Below are positions 1-9,153 of a stretch of 26,201 nt of DNA, in pieces. Every line of letters begins with the position of its first letter. Position 1 is the first letter of the stretch. The translations under genes and the position numbers were made by a program. The notes beneath the pieces are model-generated. The model saw only the letters and a list, made by a program, of their open reading frames with translations. It was not told the DNA's origin and did not search any database. This stretch comes from Oligoflexus sp. (lineage in GTDB: Bacteria > Bdellovibrionota_B > Oligoflexia > Oligoflexales > Oligoflexaceae), in assembly GCA_041736305.1 (NCBI GenBank), contig JBGSTX010000075.1, positions 1 through 26,201 on the forward strand. The letters run 5' to 3'.

Positions 1-1
1 T

Positions 2-625
2 GTCGACGTCATCAAGGTTTACGATGAGTTCGATCGCGCGGAAGCGGCTGCCCTGGGTCCTGTACCAGCTAATCCCGGTAAATGGCCGGTACTGCGGCGC
101 GCCTATGAATTGTCGAGCATTGGTCCGCTGTTTGAGACGGCTCCCTATCGGGCGCCCTTCCGCGAGCTGACGAGTCGGCTGCAGATCTGCGACGGCGATA
201 TCGCTCGCGCCTTCGAGCGCTATTACGCAGACAAAGCGCCGAGCGAACTCGACAAGAAACTCTTCTTTCAACGCGCCGAGCGAGCTTGGAACTGGCTGCA
301 GAAGTTCGCGCCAGAGGAATTCTCTTACCAGATTCATCAGGAGCCGGTGGCCTATCCACTTTCGCCAAAGCAAAAAGAGACTATCGTCGCTTTTCGCGAG
401 CTGCTGAATAAGGTCGATCTTGAGGCAATTGATCCGAAGGATTTAAATCAGAGGCTCTATGATGATATTATCCATAGCACCGGCTGTGATAGTAAGGAAT
501 TTTTCGCTGCCGTTTACCAAAAGTTGATTGGACGCGACCAAGGTCCCCGTTTACCGGGCTTCATCAAAGAACTAGGTCGCGACCGCATCATCCGGCTACT
601 CGAGGATCCTCAACCTGTACAGTAG
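2..625 (+). CDS. lysK: Class I lysyl-tRNA synthetase, C-terminal part (5' end outside window)
   Basis: Frame is open from base 2 (VDVIKVYDEFDRAE...RRAYELS). The C-terminal 'FFAAVYQKLIGRDQGPRLPGFI' matches the class I LysRS anticodon-binding domain signature. The ORF-track start at 110 is internal. Confidence 0.88.
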   Translation, partial: VDVIKVYDEFDRAEAAALGPVPANPGKWPVLRRAYELSSIGPLFETAPYRAPFRELTSRLQICDGDIARAFERYYADKAPSELDKKLFFQRAERAWNWLQKFAPEEFSYQIHQEPVAYPLSPKQKETIVAFRELLNKVDLEAIDPKDLNQRLYDDIIHSTGCDSKEFFAAVYQKLIGRDQGPRLPGFIKELGRDRIIRLLEDPQPVQ

Positions 626-637
626 CGGGGCAGAGGG

Positions 638-669
638 TGTGGAGTGCCGCAAGACTAAGGACTCCACAT
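638..669 (+). promoter_or_regulatory. Leader hairpin occluding the RBS and start codon of the LEA_2 gene
   Basis: TGTGGAGT (638-645) is the exact reverse complement of ACTCCACA (661-668). CC647-648 can pair with GG659-660. The RBS AAGGA (657-661) and the A of ATG (668) lie in the stem-loop. Confidence 0.5.
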
Positions 670-1177
670 GATCTTGCGCCGACATCTCTTGATCCGCTTC
701 TGCATCGCCTTTGGGCTCGTCCTGCTCCTAGCTCCTCTCGGGGGTAGTTGTTCCCACCTCCGCCAACTCTTGGGTCTCGTCGCCGAAAAGCCCGAGATCA
801 AGCTCCGTCAGGTGGATGTGGGAGCCTTCAAAATGGATAGGATCCAGCTGGTCTTCGTGCTCGATGTCGCGAATCCCAACGATTTCACTCTGGACTTCGC
901 TGATCTCCACTACCGGGTTCACGGACTCGGGATAGAGCTGGGGGAAGGGAAGGTCGCCGAGCCTTTTTCGCTCGCAGCAAGCCGACGAACCGAAGTACGC
1001 CTGCCTTTCTCCGTCAAACCAGAAGTCGCTCTGCTGCTCTTCAAGAAATACCTGTCCCAACCAGGAGAACTCAAGCTGCATTTCGAAGCGAAGGTTTTCA
1101 TGGACACCGCTTTTGGAAAAATGGATATGCATTTCCAGGATGAACGCACTATGGTAAAGGGTCTCAAAGCCTACTGA
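668..1177 (+). CDS. LEA type 2 / WHy-domain lipoprotein
   Basis: Hydrophobic N-terminus ending GGSC (lipobox-like); '[11 protein letters not shown]' NPN motif and beta-rich pattern typical of LEA_2/WHy; RBS TAAGGA. Confidence 0.85.
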   Translation: MILRRHLLIRFCIAFGLVLLLAPLGGSCSHLRQLLGLVAEKPEIKLRQVDVGAFKMDRIQLVFVLDVANPNDFTLDFADLHYRVHGLGIELGEGKVAEPFSLAASRRTEVRLPFSVKPEVALLLFKKYLSQPGELKLHFEAKVFMDTAFGKMDMHFQDERTMVKGLKAY

Positions 1178-1191
1178 GGAAAGCGAGTACT

Positions 1192-2067
1192 ATGAAAGGC
1201 ATCATCCTAGCTGGTGGATCAGGAACGCGCCTGCACCCTTTGACTCTGGCGATCAGCAAGCAGCTCCTTCCCGTCTTCGATAAACCTATGATCTACTATC
1301 CCTTGTCGGTCCTCATGCTCTCGGGGATCCGCGATATCCTCATCATCTCGACCCCGCATGATCTGCCCCAGTTTGAACGCTTGCTCGGCGATGGCCACGA
1401 GTGGGGGCTCTCCTTTACTTATGCGGTACAGCCGCGGCCTGAAGGCCTGGCTCAGGCCTTTATCATCGGCGAATCCTTTGTGGGTTCGGAGCCTGTCTGT
1501 CTCGTTCTAGGCGACAACATCTTTCATGGAAACGAACTCTCGAGAACCTTGCAGCGAGCCGCCGAGTTGCAGAAAGGCGCAATGGTCTTCGGCTACTATG
1601 TTAAAGATCCGGAACGCTATGGTGTCGTGAGCTTCGATGCAGCCGGACGCGCGGTAGAGATCGAAGAAAAACCTCTGAAACCCAAGTCCTCCTATGCGGT
1701 CACAGGTCTCTATTATTATGATAACGAGGTCGTCGAGGTGGCTAAGAGCCTGCGTCCGTCGGCGCGCGGCGAACTTGAGATAACCGACGTCAATCGGCAC
1801 TATCTCGCGCGCGGACAGCTTAGCGTTGAACGCTTTGGTCGCGGAACGGTCTGGCTCGATACCGGCACTCATCAGGCGCTGATCGAGGCCAGCAGCTATG
1901 TTCAGACCATAGAAAGCCGACAGGGTCTCAAGATTGCCTGTCCAGAAGAGATCGCTTGGCGCATGGGATATATCGATGACGAGGCGGTTTTACGTTTGGC
2001 GTCCCGCTTGCAAAAATCAGATTATGGCCTTTATCTGCAGGCCATCGTACGCGAGCCTCGGCTATGA
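1192..2067 (+). CDS. rfbA: Glucose-1-phosphate thymidylyltransferase
   Basis: [64 protein letters not shown] at ~1177. Confidence 0.98.
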   Translation: MKGIILAGGSGTRLHPLTLAISKQLLPVFDKPMIYYPLSVLMLSGIRDILIISTPHDLPQFERLLGDGHEWGLSFTYAVQPRPEGLAQAFIIGESFVGSEPVCLVLGDNIFHGNELSRTLQRAAELQKGAMVFGYYVKDPERYGVVSFDAAGRAVEIEEKPLKPKSSYAVTGLYYYDNEVVEVAKSLRPSARGELEITDVNRHYLARGQLSVERFGRGTVWLDTGTHQALIEASSYVQTIESRQGLKIACPEEIAWRMGYIDDEAVLRLASRLQKSDYGLYLQAIVREPRL

Positions 2068-3011
2068 GGCGAGCACGCGTCCTTCTCACAGGAGCGAGTG
2101 GACAGGTCGGCTTTGAAATCTGGCAGAGCCTTCAGCTGCGTAGTGAAGTCTTGGCGCTTGGCGGGCCATCGCTGAGGCCAGGCCCGCGTCCAGCGAGGGC
2201 TTTAAATCTTGAGGATGGCGCTGCGCTGCGCTCGCTGCTGCGAGAGTTCAAGCCAGAGCTCATAATTAATGCAGCGGCTTATACAGCCGTAGATCTGGCT
2301 GAATCCAAGGAGCCCGAGGTCTGGAAAATCAATGCCGTGGCGCCCGGTATTATCGGCGAAGAAGCCAAAAGCTTGGGAGCTGCGGTCATTCACTTTTCGA
2401 GTGATTATGTCTATCCCGGAACCGGGAATCTGGCTTATCAGGAAGATGCGAAACCGGAGCCATGCAATGTCTACGGCCGGAGTAAGTTAGCCGGAGACCT
2501 CGCTCTCCTGCAGAGCGGCGCCGCAGCTGTTATACTGCGAACTTCCTGGGTCTATAGCCCGCATGGACATAATTTTGTGAAGACGATGCTGCGACTTGGA
2601 CTCCAAAGTAGAGCTATACGGGTCGTCTCTGATCAATTTGGAGCGCCTACCAGCGCGGCGACCGTCGCTCAGGTTGTTGGCCTTTTTCTTGAGCAAGGTC
2701 GGCAAGCTCAGGCCTCCGTGGCCGAGAACTGGCTGCGGGAAAAGCTCCCGGGTATCTATCACGTGAGCGATAGGGGCGAAACCAGCTGGTTTGAGTTTGC
2801 CCGTGAAATTTTTCGGCAGGCCTGCAGCTATAAGCAAGAATTCGAACCTGGTAGCCTCTCCCCAATACCGACGAGCGAGTATCCTACTGCGGCTCGGCGA
2901 CCTCAGAATTCTCGACTGGCGCTCGCTAAGTTGGAATCTACCTTTAGAATTCAAACACCTGAGTGGCAAACGGCCTTGGGATTTGCTCTTTCCTCGATGT
3001 GCTCGACCTAG
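2064..3011 (+). CDS. rfbD: dTDP-4-dehydrorhamnose reductase
   Basis: GASGQVG Rossmann motif, [52 protein letters not shown] overlap with the rfbA stop. Confidence 0.96.
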   Translation: MRRARVLLTGASGQVGFEIWQSLQLRSEVLALGGPSLRPGPRPARALNLEDGAALRSLLREFKPELIINAAAYTAVDLAESKEPEVWKINAVAPGIIGEEAKSLGAAVIHFSSDYVYPGTGNLAYQEDAKPEPCNVYGRSKLAGDLALLQSGAAAVILRTSWVYSPHGHNFVKTMLRLGLQSRAIRVVSDQFGAPTSAATVAQVVGLFLEQGRQAQASVAENWLREKLPGIYHVSDRGETSWFEFAREIFRQACSYKQEFEPGSLSPIPTSEYPTAARRPQNSRLALAKLESTFRIQTPEWQTALGFALSSMCST

Positions 3012-3062
3012 CTTTGTTTGGCTCAAATATGCCTACGAATGCGGGTAATTGCCCGCTTATGC

Positions 3063-3090
3063 TCAAGTTTTTCCTGAAAGTTACCGATAG
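3063..3090 (+). promoter_or_regulatory. Putative sigma28 (FliA) promoter
   Basis: TCAAG(TTT) 3063-3067, N15, ACCGATAG 3083-3090, 28 nt upstream of ATG 3119. Spacer is one base longer than at the other sites. Confidence 0.6.
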
Positions 3091-3118
3091 GAAAGAAATA
3101 AGGCAAGAGGAGCAATTC

Positions 3119-3985
3119 ATGGGTCGATACTCGCAGTTTGCACTAGCATTTCTAAGCTTTTGCACGTGCTCCATAGTCCAGGGTCAATCGGCATTTATGC
3201 CCCAACTCAAATCGCTGCCGGCCCCTTTACCTACTGAACAAAGTCTTTCCGCTACAACTATTCTCGCGATGCTCGAAGATAAAAATGTCATCGAGCGAGA
3301 GAAAATCGTTTTGGAGCTTCTTAGCCTCGGTCACTTTCCGCAGCGGTTGCGCTCGCTCAAGAAAGTTACGGTCGAAGAGCAGAAGAGAAAAATTAGCTTT
3401 TGGGTCATGCCTGACTACTTAGCGATAGGCAATGATGCCGATGAGATGCTGATGCCTCTTAGCTTCAGCTCAGCTCGGCTGCTTACGCAGAGCTGGGGCT
3501 TTGCCCTTCCTACCCGGAAAATGGTGGATGCTATTTATAAGAGTGCGGAGCGGAAGATATGGCCCCGCACCTACCCACCTAGCCCCGAAATGAACTCTAT
3601 GGAATTCGCTCGCGATCATAATCGTTGGATCGAAGGACAACGCTACCTCTTCCCCGAACAAGATGTCTTGACGGCTGGACATAAGAAAGATGTAGTTCTT
3701 TCGAAACGCCTCTACCAGAGACATAATCGCCAGGCGATTTACGGATGGAATAACATACGTGCGGGTGAGACGATTCAGCCGCTCAGTATCTGGCACGGTG
3801 AGAAGTACGTCGATTATAGTCACGGGCTGCGCATGGTCGCCCCTTGGGTTGAAATCGATGGGGTCTTAGTTTCTCTCAAGCAGGCATTGATGCACGAGGA
3901 ATACTCGTCCTTACTAAGCGATGAGGGCCCTCTCGATATCGATCGTTTACTTCGCCACACTGACCACTCGATTGCTCATAACTGA
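3119..3985 (+). CDS. Secreted conserved hypothetical protein, possibly an enzyme
   Basis: ATG 3119 follows RBS GAGGAG; signal-peptide-like N-terminus; conserved-looking motifs VMPDYLAIG, LPTRKMVDAIY, AGHKKDVV, IYGW, IQPL, HxxxYVDYSHG. The ORF-track start at 2963 overlaps rfbD and is unlikely. Confidence 0.8.
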   Translation: MGRYSQFALAFLSFCTCSIVQGQSAFMPQLKSLPAPLPTEQSLSATTILAMLEDKNVIEREKIVLELLSLGHFPQRLRSLKKVTVEEQKRKISFWVMPDYLAIGNDADEMLMPLSFSSARLLTQSWGFALPTRKMVDAIYKSAERKIWPRTYPPSPEMNSMEFARDHNRWIEGQRYLFPEQDVLTAGHKKDVVLSKRLYQRHNRQAIYGWNNIRAGETIQPLSIWHGEKYVDYSHGLRMVAPWVEIDGVLVSLKQALMHEEYSSLLSDEGPLDIDRLLRHTDHSIAHN

Positions 3986-4011
3986 CTGAGAGAATAAGGG
4001 AAGGAAAAGCA

Positions 4012-4037
4012 GAGCACGAAAGCTTGCGCTTTCGCTC
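4012..4037. terminator. Intergenic stem-loop (possible terminator or stabiliser)
   Basis: CGAAAGC-TTGC-GCTTTCG (4017-4034), extendable with GAG/CTC; no U-tract on the + strand. Confidence 0.3.
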
Positions 4038-4084
4038 ACCACATGAGAAGCTCGCCCGCTCTTCTTCCAAGGAATTTCTCTCCC

Positions 4085-6772
4085 ATGCAAATCCCTTTTT
4101 TCGCCCTTTTAAGCCTCGTTTTAATCTGGCCCGAACTCGGGTGTACGCCAAAGAAAGATTCTGCGATTAAACAAAAAGATCGCGGCAGCGAAGTGAAAGA
4201 ACCTATCTACCCGGCCTTCGGACCCGCACGACCCCTTGCAGCACCTGTCATGCTCGAACATCTCACAATTATGACAGCCACCGGAAAGAGCATCGAAGAC
4301 GGTTACGTCTTGCTCAAAGATGGTAAAATCGCGGCTCTCGGCCAAGGCGATCCTGGTCCCCAGCGAGAAGGAGCTGAAGTCATCGATGGTCGCGGGAAAG
4401 TTCTTACGCCTGGGATTATCGATACCCATTCTCACATGGGCGTCTATCCTCTACCACAGGCCGAGGCGCATCAAGATGGTAACGAAAGCACCAACCCTAC
4501 GACGCCCGACGTCTGGGCGGAGCATAGCTTCTGGCCTCAAGACCCTTCGCTCTGGCGAGCGTTGGCGGCGGGTGTGACAACGGCACAGATTCTCCCAGGG
4601 TCGGCGAATCTGGTTGGCGGTCGCGCCGTGACTGTACACCTGCGGCCCGGTATCGACCTAGCATCGATGCGTTTTCCAGACGCTCCTCAGGGCGTGAAAA
4701 TGGCCTGCGGGGAAAACCCTAAGCGCACCTATGGCAAAAAATCAGGTCCGGCGACCCGCATGGGAAATATCGCTGGTTTTCGTCGCATTTTTCAGGACGC
4801 AATCGAATACCGCAGCAGCTGGGAGCGCTACCGCAAGAAACTAGCGAAGAAGGGTGATGATACAAAGGACGAGGACAAACAAGATCTTCCACCCAAACGC
4901 GACCACGCCCTTGATACGATAGTAAAAGCAATGGCAGGAGAGATACTGGTTCACGTGCACTGCTACCGTGCCGACGAAATGTCGATCATGATGGATCTGG
5001 CTAAGACTTATGGCTTCAAAGTACGTTCCTTCCATCACGCGGTCGAAGCCTACAAGATCCGCGATCGCCTGGCGGCAGAAGACGTCGCTGTTTCAACCTG
5101 GGCCGACTGGTGGGGCTTTAAAATGGAGTCGTTCGACGGCATTCCACAAAATGCTCCCATGGTCCATGCTGCGAAAGGCCGCGCTATTATTCACTCTGAT
5201 TCAGAAGAAGAGATTCGACACTTGCCGCTGGAAGCCGTCAAAGCGCGTGCAGCGGCTCGAAGCATCGGGCTCGATGCTAGCGATGAGGAGCTCCTTCAGT
5301 GGATCACCATCAATCCCGCGTGGGCCCTCGGCATCGACGACAAAGTCGGCACTATAGAACTAGGTAAACGCGCCGATGTCGTCCTCTGGGATCGCTCGCC
5401 TTTTTCCACCTATGCTAAACCCCTGGAGGTCTATATTGAGGGTGAGCGGGTCTTCGACCGCCAGTCGGAAAGCTTTCGCTTGAGCGATGTAGAGCGCGGC
5501 ATCCACAACTACGGCCTAGCCGATCGCGGCTTGCAGACAGAAGCCAAGCCGGGCGAGGGAATACCAGAGTCTAAGGATCTTCCTGCTCTCAAGGCGCCTG
5601 CCGACATACAGGATCGCTTTCTCATTGAGCACGCAAACATAGAGACCGGACTGGCCCAGCGCATTCCTGATGCCAGCCTGTGGGTGGAAAACGGCCTGAT
5701 CAAGGCCATCAATCCCGACCCAGCTACGCTGCCAGCTGATCTGCCTCGGCTGGATGCAGGAGGCCGCACTCTCACGCCGGGTCTCATTGAAGTTCAGAGT
5801 CAGCTCGGCCTCTTGGTCGTCGAATTGGAAGATGACGGCCATGATTTAAAGGCCAGCGACGATCTCAATCCAGCGTTTCGCGCCATTGACGGATTCGATC
5901 CCTACTCATTTCGAATTCCTATCAGTCGATCTCAAGGGCTGACTTCAGCATTTATCAAGCCGACAGGGGGCGTGATTTCTGGCCAAGGTCAGGCGTTTGA
6001 GCTTTCTGGTCGCGGGGATTCACTGGTCCCCGGCGTTCCACCGGTGATGTACGCTTCGATTTTTGGTGCCAAGAAGATCAATCGCGCCCAGTTTTGGTTG
6101 AAGCTGCGTACCGCTTTCGCCGATGCTTCCTATTACAAGAGTCATGGTGGACGCAGCGGCGCCAGTGGCCAAGCCCTCAGCCTCGCCCCTCTGCATCTAG
6201 AAGCTTTAGCCGAACTTATGGAAGGGCGCATGCCGCTGGTCTTAAGCGCGCATCGTCTAGCCGACATTCAGGCTGCCATTCGACTTAAAAGCGAAATGCC
6301 TAAACTGCGGCTGATCCTGAGCGGCGCAGGAGAGGCCTGGCTCGCTAAAGACGAGCTGGCCGCTGCCAAGATTCCTGTCATCCTCACTCCCTCTCGCGAG
6401 ATGCCGCGCAATCTCGACGAGCTACGGGTGCGAGATGATCAGGCGGCGCTCTTGCAGGCAGCTGGAGTCACGATCATCATCAGTACCGACGATATTAATT
6501 CTGGTCGCCTCCGGCAGGAAGCTGGTCGAGCTGTGACTTATGCTCTGCCTTATCAGGCCGCTCTTGCCGCGCTAACGAGTGTACCTGCAGCCGTCTTCGG
6601 TCTGAATGATAGAGGGGTGATTGCCCCTTCCAAGCGTGCGGACTTAGTGCTCTGGTCGGGCGATCCCTTAGAAGCGAAGTCCACGGTTGAAAGACTTTGG
6701 ATCAAAGGCCGGGCTATGGATCTGAGCACGCGGCAGCTGGAGCTCGCCAAGGCTTACCAAACACCGTATTAA
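4085..6772 (+). CDS. Lipoprotein with two tandem amidohydrolase (HutI/imidazolonepropionase-like) domains
   Basis: Signal ending ELGC. Domain 1 has TPGIIDTHSH, GVKMACGENP, HCYRADE, HHAVEA, HSD, TINPA, GKRADVVLW. Domain 2 has TPGLIEVQSQ, LTSVPA, KRADLVLW. The start could alternatively be 4043. Confidence 0.9.
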   Translation: MQIPFFALLSLVLIWPELGCTPKKDSAIKQKDRGSEVKEPIYPAFGPARPLAAPVMLEHLTIMTATGKSIEDGYVLLKDGKIAALGQGDPGPQREGAEVIDGRGKVLTPGIIDTHSHMGVYPLPQAEAHQDGNESTNPTTPDVWAEHSFWPQDPSLWRALAAGVTTAQILPGSANLVGGRAVTVHLRPGIDLASMRFPDAPQGVKMACGENPKRTYGKKSGPATRMGNIAGFRRIFQDAIEYRSSWERYRKKLAKKGDDTKDEDKQDLPPKRDHALDTIVKAMAGEILVHVHCYRADEMSIMMDLAKTYGFKVRSFHHAVEAYKIRDRLAAEDVAVSTWADWWGFKMESFDGIPQNAPMVHAAKGRAIIHSDSEEEIRHLPLEAVKARAAARSIGLDASDEELLQWITINPAWALGIDDKVGTIELGKRADVVLWDRSPFSTYAKPLEVYIEGERVFDRQSESFRLSDVERGIHNYGLADRGLQTEAKPGEGIPESKDLPALKAPADIQDRFLIEHANIETGLAQRIPDASLWVENGLIKAINPDPATLPADLPRLDAGGRTLTPGLIEVQSQLGLLVVELEDDGHDLKASDDLNPAFRAIDGFDPYSFRIPISRSQGLTSAFIKPTGGVISGQGQAFELSGRGDSLVPGVPPVMYASIFGAKKINRAQFWLKLRTAFADASYYKSHGGRSGASGQALSLAPLHLEALAELMEGRMPLVLSAHRLADIQAAIRLKSEMPKLRLILSGAGEAWLAKDELAAAKIPVILTPSREMPRNLDELRVRDDQAALLQAAGVTIIISTDDINSGRLRQEAGRAVTYALPYQAALAALTSVPAAVFGLNDRGVIAPSKRADLVLWSGDPLEAKSTVERLWIKGRAMDLSTRQLELAKAYQTPY

Positions 6773-8988
6773 GCGGCCCCTGATTTATTCTGCGGGCCCT
6801 TGCAGTTGGCGAGTTTCTGGGCACGTCTCTTATAAGTCTCGAGTAGCTTCCAGGCGATGCCTGGAACGTCGATGAGCACGACTTTGGGTATCAAAAATCC
6901 ACTCGATGGTTCGAGAGCTTTGAGGCTGAGTCCGAGCGACTCAAGATTGTCAAGTACATGGTCCTCGTAGCAGAAATCTCCTGGCAATAAGATTTCGCTG
7001 AATGCGCCCCGGCTGAGTTCGAGTCGGCCCGACGCCAGCACAAAGACAAAGGCTCCCCCGAAGCGTTTGATTTGCTGCTGATCTTCGATTTTAGTCTCAC
7101 GCACCGAACGAGCGATTTTATAGAGTCGGGGCGACCAAGCTATAGCCTGGAAGAGAGGACTCTTCTGCAGGATGTGGCGTTGTTCTTGGTCCTGACCGAA
7201 GCGTTCTTTCAGTCCGTACTTATCGATAAAAGCTCTGAATACCGAAGACGGGATTCGTAATAATTGCACATAATTTTTAGCAGAGAGACCGGTGATTTTG
7301 TACTGGAGGTCCTCACCGACGAGATAGCCAGCCGCGAATTCAAAGCGGGCATCGCTAGGACCCTGTGCCGTAGGGCCGATCAATCCGCTGAGGATGAGAA
7401 AAATATCTCCGGAACTCAGATCGAGCTTAGTTCCCGGTTCCAACTCTGTGACGGGCTGATTGAGCAATTCATAGAAAGCATCAAAGGGAATACCCGGAAA
7501 GTAATGGTGCAGAGACCTCACCGCTACTAGGTGGCGCGTATCAGCCTGGGCTTTTACCAAGTGATCGACTGTACCGAATGGGACGCGGATGCCTATCTTA
7601 GCCTGCTCGACAGTGAGCTCGCCGGCTGAATGCGCGAGGATCTTGCGCAGCGAATGGTCGCTCCTGAAGTCTTCTGCATCCCCATGCACGAGACCCCCAC
7701 CGATATCGATTTTCTTGAGATCTGCGGGCAGTCGATAATGGGCCTTCACACGGGCGAGGCGGTTGGCACTTATCCCGCTTGCATTCGGATCTTTTTGGAG
7801 CATTTTCTGCAGGTTTTGTTCAGATGCAATGTCGGCTAGATGATGATAGATCTTTGGGCCATGCTCGGTTGTCACCCGGAAACGAAAAGTATTGGTCTCT
7901 ACTGGATGCGGTGAATAGCTTGGAAACACATCGAGGCCGTGGATATTATTCCAAGTCTCCGCTAGCAGATGATTGACATGAAAGAAGCGGTCGAGGACCG
8001 GGAACTCCACACCCAGGAGCGCCTGCAGCTTCTTGTCTACAGAATGCTGGACCAGCTGCGTCGCATAATATTCAATCTTGCGGTCGCCCCGCATGAGCTC
8101 GGTGAGCCCTGCAAAATGATCGTCGTGGGCATGCGTATGAAAAATGCCCCGCACTGAGTTAACGCTGAGGCCTAGAGCTTTCAGAGTGTGGCCGATATGA
8201 GGCCCAGCATCGATAAGGTAAATTTCAGGGCCATAGCAGAGTATGCTGGCCATCGAAGGTCGCTCTATATCCCAGCCATCACCTTCTCCGCTATGGATTA
8301 CAGAGAAGAACTCCGGACGGAATCGCTGATGCGTGAGCTTGTAGGTCGGTTCGAAGAATTCACCTGGAGCCAAATTGAGGTCGACGGTGTAGGTTTCGTT
8401 TTCGACTTTGATTTCGAATACGTTGGTATCTATGCGGCGCACAAAAACGCCATTCTTGATTTCAACCGGCTGATCGAGCAGCGCTCGCGTGTCTAGCAAG
8501 TCCTCGCTAGGCTTGATCTGACCAAAGGCGAAGTGGAGCTTGATGCGCATGAGTTCGGACGCTTCCGAAGAGCTGACGCCACCAGCCATCAGCTCGGCTT
8601 CAGAGACCAGCCCATAATTACCACGAAATACGTAGGCCAGCTGGGCCTTAATCTGTAAGGGGTCACCTATCATTAAAGGCTTATTCTTGCTGAAGCCTGG
8701 GTGCTGAGGCAGCATCATTCCTTGGCGATAAAACATTTGCAAAATAGAAAATTCTGCAAGATTGGCGAAGAGTCCGTTTTGGGTTGTAAGGTCGGCGAGC
8801 AGAACGCAGTTTGGCCCGGTTTCATGGTGTGGACCACCGTTTTGGGCATTTTTATTGTGGATGAGTCCGCGCTTGATCAAATGCTTGATGCTGTCGGGAG
8901 GACAACCGCATTGCATGAAAATGCCACGACTGGGAATGGCTACCCAGAAGAGGCCCGGCGCTATTTTTAGATGCTCGATCAATGCCAT
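6769..8988 (-). CDS. Metallo-beta-lactamase-fold hydrolase with C-terminal degenerate cyclic-nucleotide-binding domains
   Basis: LIDAGP, HTHAHDDH (8116-8139), SPHPVET, ADI, GLVHG, LAH. C-terminal 'IFLILSG' and 'FVFVLASGRLEL...PGDFCYE' resemble cNMP-binding beta-rolls. RBS AAGGGGG upstream. Confidence 0.82.
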   Translation of the reverse strand: MALIEHLKIAPGLFWVAIPSRGIFMQCGCPPDSIKHLIKRGLIHNKNAQNGGPHHETGPNCVLLADLTTQNGLFANLAEFSILQMFYRQGMMLPQHPGFSKNKPLMIGDPLQIKAQLAYVFRGNYGLVSEAELMAGGVSSSEASELMRIKLHFAFGQIKPSEDLLDTRALLDQPVEIKNGVFVRRIDTNVFEIKVENETYTVDLNLAPGEFFEPTYKLTHQRFRPEFFSVIHSGEGDGWDIERPSMASILCYGPEIYLIDAGPHIGHTLKALGLSVNSVRGIFHTHAHDDHFAGLTELMRGDRKIEYYATQLVQHSVDKKLQALLGVEFPVLDRFFHVNHLLAETWNNIHGLDVFPSYSPHPVETNTFRFRVTTEHGPKIYHHLADIASEQNLQKMLQKDPNASGISANRLARVKAHYRLPADLKKIDIGGGLVHGDAEDFRSDHSLRKILAHSAGELTVEQAKIGIRVPFGTVDHLVKAQADTRHLVAVRSLHHYFPGIPFDAFYELLNQPVTELEPGTKLDLSSGDIFLILSGLIGPTAQGPSDARFEFAAGYLVGEDLQYKITGLSAKNYVQLLRIPSSVFRAFIDKYGLKERFGQDQEQRHILQKSPLFQAIAWSPRLYKIARSVRETKIEDQQQIKRFGGAFVFVLASGRLELSRGAFSEILLPGDFCYEDHVLDNLESLGLSLKALEPSSGFLIPKVVLIDVPGIAWKLLETYKRRAQKLANCKGPQNKSGAA

Positions 8989-9010
8989 GATCTAAGATCC
9001 CCCTTTTGGA

Positions 9011-9037
9011 TTATCGGAAAGTCCTTTAAAGAAATGA
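9011..9037 (-). promoter_or_regulatory. Putative sigma28 (FliA) promoter with weak -35
   Basis: Minus strand TCATT-N14-TCCGATAA (-10 at 9011-9018), 22 nt upstream of ATG 8988. Confidence 0.5.
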
Positions 9038-9090
9038 GGAATAAAGCGTCTGCCTCGCTTTAAAGCAGTCTAAGGAATCGGTATCTCGCC

Positions 9091-9120
9091 TTGTATCTAT
9101 CCAAGCACTTTGGATATACT
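9091..9120 (+). promoter_or_regulatory. Putative sigma70 promoter overlapped by an inverted repeat (operator-like)
   Basis: TTGTAT-N18-TATACT; TATCCAA-N5-TTGGATA (9098-9116) spans the spacer and the -10 edge. Confidence 0.45.
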
Positions 9121-9153
9121 GCTGTTCATAGATATCTTATCAAAGGAGTGCTT

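Noticed and set aside
2963..3118. N-terminal extension of the hypothetical ORF
   Set aside because: Overlaps rfbD and spans the promoter; ATG 3119 has the RBS and signal peptide.
6769..6772. Convergent genes sharing TTAA stop codons (possible insertion target site)
   Set aside because: Common 4-bp stop overlap; no duplicated target or mobile element.
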